Shown here piece after piece: positions 60,142 to 64,000 of a DNA stretch of 64,000 nt (the first letter of the stretch is position 1; every line of letters begins with the position of its first letter). A program made the position numbers and the translations under genes. The notes beneath the pieces are model-generated. The model was not told the DNA's origin, made no database searches, and saw nothing but the letters and a program-made list of their open reading frames with translations. Source of the DNA: Candidatus Saccharimonadota bacterium (lineage in GTDB: Bacteria > Patescibacteriota > Saccharimonadia > Saccharimonadales > AQU-01); NCBI GenBank assembly GCA_037137935.1, contig JBAXJI010000001.1, positions 1,771-65,770 on the forward strand. Direction: 5' to 3'.

Positions 60142-60616
60142 TCTTTAGCTCAGCGGGATATGCTGCATGCTTTGATATAGTGTCAAATGTCTTCTTAGCC
60201 AGATCTCTGCTGTCTTCGGGGAGCAAAAGAATTACTCCGTCCGCTTTTTCGCCACACAAAACAACTGACGCACTATCATTTACGATACTCGCGGCATAAA
60301 CGCACTCGCCGTATGCAGAAATCCGCAAAATAATGCCATTCTTTTCTACCTCACCATAAGCTATCGCCTTAGCGACTACCTCAGACCATTTCTTATTATC
60401 TACTAGTGATTTTATGCTATTGTAATCTTTTACAGATGAGTCTTGATCGACTTCTATAACTTTAGGACTGACTTTCTTGTCAACATAAACCACTCCTGGC
60501 AACTTCCTGTGCTTAATCTTGTTATACTGACTTTTAATAACTAGGCCGGTCAGCAAACCAAATGCTAGTGCTAAAGTTACAGCCCCAAAGACTATTAAAC
60601 GCTTACGCTTTTTCAT
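60122..60616 (-). CDS. Membrane-anchored hypothetical protein
   Basis: 164 aa. N-terminal TM. The stop overlaps the start of the 1038-aa ORF. Confidence 0.35.
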   Translation of the reverse strand: MKKRKRLIVFGAVTLALAFGLLTGLVIKSQYNKIKHRKLPGVVYVDKKVSPKVIEVDQDSSVKDYNSIKSLVDNKKWSEVVAKAIAYGEVEKNGIILRISAYGECVYAASIVNDSASVVLCGEKADGVILLLPEDSRDLAKKTFDTISKHAAYPAELKNGAPSA

Positions 60617-60679
60617 TATTATAAGTATATAGGATATTCTCTGATTGGAGCAAATATCGACTATCTTGCCAGCTAATTT

Positions 60680-61594
60680 TTACCGCTGATGACGGCGACG
60701 AGAAGCACCAAAAACTATAAGACCACCAACAACTAGCATGCCGGCTGCGGTTTCTAATATTTTATCGGTGGAACTAGAACCATCCTCCGGCGTGCTATTA
60801 CTTAGTACTGTCTCAATTGTTGACGTGGTGGTTTCATTTTGTGTGGTCTGTGTAGTAGTCTGCGGTGATGATACAGTAACAGCCTCTATTGATGTAGTAG
60901 TTGGAGTGGTGGTAGTGGTTGGCGTCATGACTTCAACTCCATAGGCAGCAAAGTTAGTAGTCATCTCCGCCCACTTATCTTGAGCAGTAGATAAAGCTAT
61001 CTGAATATCTAGACTGCCCTGTTCAGTAGCAGGGTCAACATTAATACCCATCGCTTCTGCCACGGCAACGCCTGCTATACCAGCACCGGCACTATTGTCA
61101 TCTATATCTTTTAGGCTAGGGTTGTCAGTATTAGCCAAAAAGCCGTCGCTATCTACATCGTTATTAATTGTCGTAGTAGTAACTATTGGCTTTGGACTTT
61201 TTGGCTTTTTAGGCAAAGATACGGATGTTATTATTGGATTATAGTCGTTTGGATTATAGCCCTCGTAGAGGACATCAGGCACACACGCAGTGAAATACGT
61301 AACAACAGTTACAGGAATATCTGGGACAAAAGGATGATATCCCCCAGGACAGCCATTAATACACCCCTCTCCCAAACAGTTTTCGGGCTTGTTTATAACT
61401 AAATATTCCTCGCTCATCCCTGCGGCTTGGGCATCAACATTACCAGTCTCAAAACTCGCTATAGCAGGCGCCACAACAGACGCCAGAGCAACCGCAGCAC
61501 CTATACCCATACGACCAAGGCGTCCAATATTCTTTTCTGGCGATTCGTTCTGTACCTCACCGGAAACACTTATAATCTGCTCAGATCGTCTCAC
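60680..61594 (-). CDS. Secreted Thr-rich surface protein with C-terminal TM anchor and basic tail
   Basis: Signal peptide, poly-Thr linker, and C-terminal LVVGGLIVFGASRRRHQR. Confidence 0.45.
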   Translation of the reverse strand: MRRSEQIISVSGEVQNESPEKNIGRLGRMGIGAAVALASVVAPAIASFETGNVDAQAAGMSEEYLVINKPENCLGEGCINGCPGGYHPFVPDIPVTVVTYFTACVPDVLYEGYNPNDYNPIITSVSLPKKPKSPKPIVTTTTINNDVDSDGFLANTDNPSLKDIDDNSAGAGIAGVAVAEAMGINVDPATEQGSLDIQIALSTAQDKWAEMTTNFAAYGVEVMTPTTTTTPTTTSIEAVTVSSPQTTTQTTQNETTTSTIETVLSNSTPEDGSSSTDKILETAAGMLVVGGLIVFGASRRRHQR

Positions 61595-61718
61595 AACATT
61601 TGTCCTATTCTCTGACTCGTTAATGCAAAACTACATTCTACGATCTAAGAATACGCCTGAGAAGGTTTATATTCAAGAAGCTATCGATGTCTAAAAATAA
61701 TTGTGCCTATCGGTCAAA

Positions 61719-62642
61719 CTACATAATGTCTAACTCTACGCCAGATTTAGATCTTTCATCCAAATTAATGGCAGAAGGTTTTAAGGGCGTCACAGCTACA
61801 GAATCAGACATATCAGTGCTGATCGGCCTGTTTGGAGTCGATGATAAACCTAAATACGTTTGCTCGTATAGTTCTGGCCCGGTCATTGTTCCTGTCGCAT
61901 GCTCAACAAAATTGTTGGCAATAAATTTAGTCGAACCAGCCTGATGAACTAACACAGGCTCATTGATCACAATTTCACTTTTGCCCTTCATCATATCAAG
62001 AAATAACTCTACTCTTGCCGTGGCTGCTTGCCTTGGGTCAACATCTACAGTGCCCACTTTTTCGTCTAATGCCCTAGTCATAGCTGGCGGCGGCGAATCA
62101 TAAATAGCCATTAACTCACCATCATATACTGGGTACTTCCCAATTGTGGCACTCATTTCCAGGTCAAAAATCTCGTCACCCCTCTGATTGCCAAATTCTA
62201 CCAAATAATGCATCGCCCTTCCGCTACGACCATTGCCGTTTTCGTATGGATGAATATAGTTAATCGCTCCTGCTATCGTTAGCCCGGCTCGTCGTAAGGC
62301 AATTTCATCATTACTATCTTTATCGCTTAATATGTTTCTAACTGCCTCAAAGCTCTCATCCATCAACTTTTCTTTGTCTTCTAAGGAAGGTGTGGCAATA
62401 AATCCCAGCTTACCGTCAGCATAATCATCACTAACCTTTTCGCCTCGTGTAATAGAGTTGATGTAGCCAATGTACTTCTTATATTCATCATTAGACATGG
62501 AGGCAAACAAAGCTCTACGCTGATCCGGTTCGCGTAGTGATTCTTTTATTCCCAATAATTCAAGGCGCCTGGTGCCATTACCATCAGCGGCTACTTCCGG
62601 AAAATGATCTGCTTCGATTGTGCGCTGGATAGTTTCAGACAT
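61719..62642 (-). CDS. Fic/Doc family protein (putative AMPylator)
   Basis: HPYENGNGRSGR matches the Fic core motif HPFx[DE]GNGR. Confidence 0.7.
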   Translation of the reverse strand: MSETIQRTIEADHFPEVAADGNGTRRLELLGIKESLREPDQRRALFASMSNDEYKKYIGYINSITRGEKVSDDYADGKLGFIATPSLEDKEKLMDESFEAVRNILSDKDSNDEIALRRAGLTIAGAINYIHPYENGNGRSGRAMHYLVEFGNQRGDEIFDLEMSATIGKYPVYDGELMAIYDSPPPAMTRALDEKVGTVDVDPRQAATARVELFLDMMKGKSEIVINEPVLVHQAGSTKFIANNFVEHATGTMTGPELYEQTYLGLSSTPNRPISTDMSDSVAVTPLKPSAINLDERSKSGVELDIM

Positions 62643-62735
62643 ATTTTTGATGTTTTTGTTTTATTTTATTAACTAGCTTTATATTAGCACATTTTTGCAT
62701 TTCTGACAATAGCCATAACCTGTTATAATGGAGCT

Positions 62736-63824
62736 ATGAGTTCACTTTCTATTGGTATTGTTGGTTTGCCGAATGTCGGCAAGAGCACGCTTTTTAACGC
62801 ATTGACGAACAATAACGTCTTAGCGGCTAATTATCCTTTTGCGACGATTGAACCAAACACCGGTATCGTACCGATCCCAGACATTAGATTAACTGAATTA
62901 TGTAAGCTATATAACGCCAAAAAAATAGTACCAGCAACTGTTACTTTCGTAGATATAGCTGGGCTAGTTGCAGGCGCATCCACTGGTGAAGGTCTTGGTA
63001 ACCAGTTCTTGAGCCACATTCGTAGCACTAACGCTATTGTTCATGTGGTACGAGCTTTTAGCGACGCAAATGTACTGCACGTAGACGAACAACACGACCC
63101 AAAGAAAGATATCGACGTGATAAATACCGAGCTTATCCTGGCCGACTTGCAAACTGTCGAAAAGCGACTTCCCCGTCTAGAAAAGGAAGCTCGGTTAAAT
63201 CCAAAACTAAAGCCAGCCTACGAATCACTCATCGAGATAATTAAAGTATTAAACGACGGCCAACTTATTTCTTCTCAGCCTGAACTATTAACAAGCTACG
63301 GACTACTATTATCTGACCTGCAATTAATCACTGCCAAATCCGTAATATATGTATTCAATGTTGACGAAGATACTCTTATTGATCAGGCCAAACGTAGCGA
63401 ATTAACAGAGTTGGTAGCCCCTGCTAGATCAATTTTTATCTGCGCCAAATTAGAGAGCGAATTAAACGGACTAGACGATGCTGACCGCGTAGAACTACTC
63501 GAAAGCTACGGCCAACATGAGTCAGGCCTCGTCCAACTAATTCATGCCGCATACGAAATACTTGGATTACAAAGCTACCTAACGGCTGGCGAACAAGAAA
63601 TTAGAGCCTGGACTATTCATCAGGGAGACACTGCCCCACAAGCCGCTGGCGTTATTCACGGCGATTTTGAACGAGGCTTTATTGCCGCCCAAATCATAGA
63701 CTATAACGACCTGATGACAGCTGGCTCCGAACAAGCAGCAAAACTAGCAGGTAAAATTGCTACCGTCGGCAAAACATATGTCATGAAACCCGACGATGTC
63801 GTCGAATTCCGCTTCAACGTCTAA
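62736..63824 (+). CDS. ychF: Ribosome-binding ATPase YchF (Obg-family GTPase)
   Basis: 362 aa. G1 IVGLPNVGKST. C-terminal TGS domain. Confidence 0.9.
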   Translation: MSSLSIGIVGLPNVGKSTLFNALTNNNVLAANYPFATIEPNTGIVPIPDIRLTELCKLYNAKKIVPATVTFVDIAGLVAGASTGEGLGNQFLSHIRSTNAIVHVVRAFSDANVLHVDEQHDPKKDIDVINTELILADLQTVEKRLPRLEKEARLNPKLKPAYESLIEIIKVLNDGQLISSQPELLTSYGLLLSDLQLITAKSVIYVFNVDEDTLIDQAKRSELTELVAPARSIFICAKLESELNGLDDADRVELLESYGQHESGLVQLIHAAYEILGLQSYLTAGEQEIRAWTIHQGDTAPQAAGVIHGDFERGFIAAQIIDYNDLMTAGSEQAAKLAGKIATVGKTYVMKPDDVVEFRFNV

Positions 63825-63841
63825 AATACTCCTCAGAAACC

Positions 63842-63910
63842 CCTTTGCAAGGTCTCTCCTTGCTCCAAGGAGAGACCTTGCAAGTCGTCCTTGCAAGTCT
63901 TGCAAGACAG
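63842..63910. repeat. CCTTGCAAGG-family palindromic repeat (15-bp perfect stem plus CTTGCAAG palindromes)
   Basis: caaggtctctccttg-ctc-caaggagagaccttg, then gtccttgcaagtcttgcaagac. Confidence 0.6.
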
Positions 63911-64000
63911 TACGGTCATGAATATCAGTTGCAGTACGTAAGACGTAAACGAATATATGCCATTAGAGTTAATTTATATTCGGCAGCTAGGTACTCAAAG

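Noticed and set aside
60680-61594. Possible LPXTG or sortase signal in the Thr-rich surface protein (ILETAAG)
   Set aside because: No proline in the motif. The C-terminus is better described as a plain TM anchor with a basic tail.

Overview
This window looks like a small, low-GC genome of the Saccharibacteria/CPR type. It carries housekeeping genes (gyrB-gyrA, comM, infC-rpmI-rplT, queA, miaA, thrS, tgt, nrdR, eno-gpmA, ndk, ychF), a complete type IV pilus operon (about 45.1-60.6 kb, minus strand), RNase P RNA and five tRNAs. The most unusual structure is a roughly 6.4-kb tandem array (about 31.9-38.4 kb). It holds seven single-gene or two-gene cassettes, all on the minus strand. Each cassette is separated from the next by a conserved, hairpin-rich repeat of about 100 bp that begins with a perfect 17-20-bp copy of the 3' end of the adjacent tRNA-Asp (attL/attR-like cores). 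No integrase lies inside the array. Other notable items follow. A small papain-like (C39-like) peptidase gene is flanked by two inverted copies of a roughly 240-bp conserved element. A 1.6-kb non-coding gap contains a candidate small RNA bounded by a promoter and a terminator. One ORF fuses pterin-4a-carbinolamine dehydratase to RNase HI. A TraD/TrwB-like coupling-protein ATPase sits alone next to an LPNTG-anchored surface protein. A family of CCTTGCAAGG-type palindromic repeats is scattered in intergenic regions. Two tRNA genes have partial tRNA 5' fragments immediately upstream. All calls come from reading the sequence and translated ORFs by eye. No database searches or folding programs were run.
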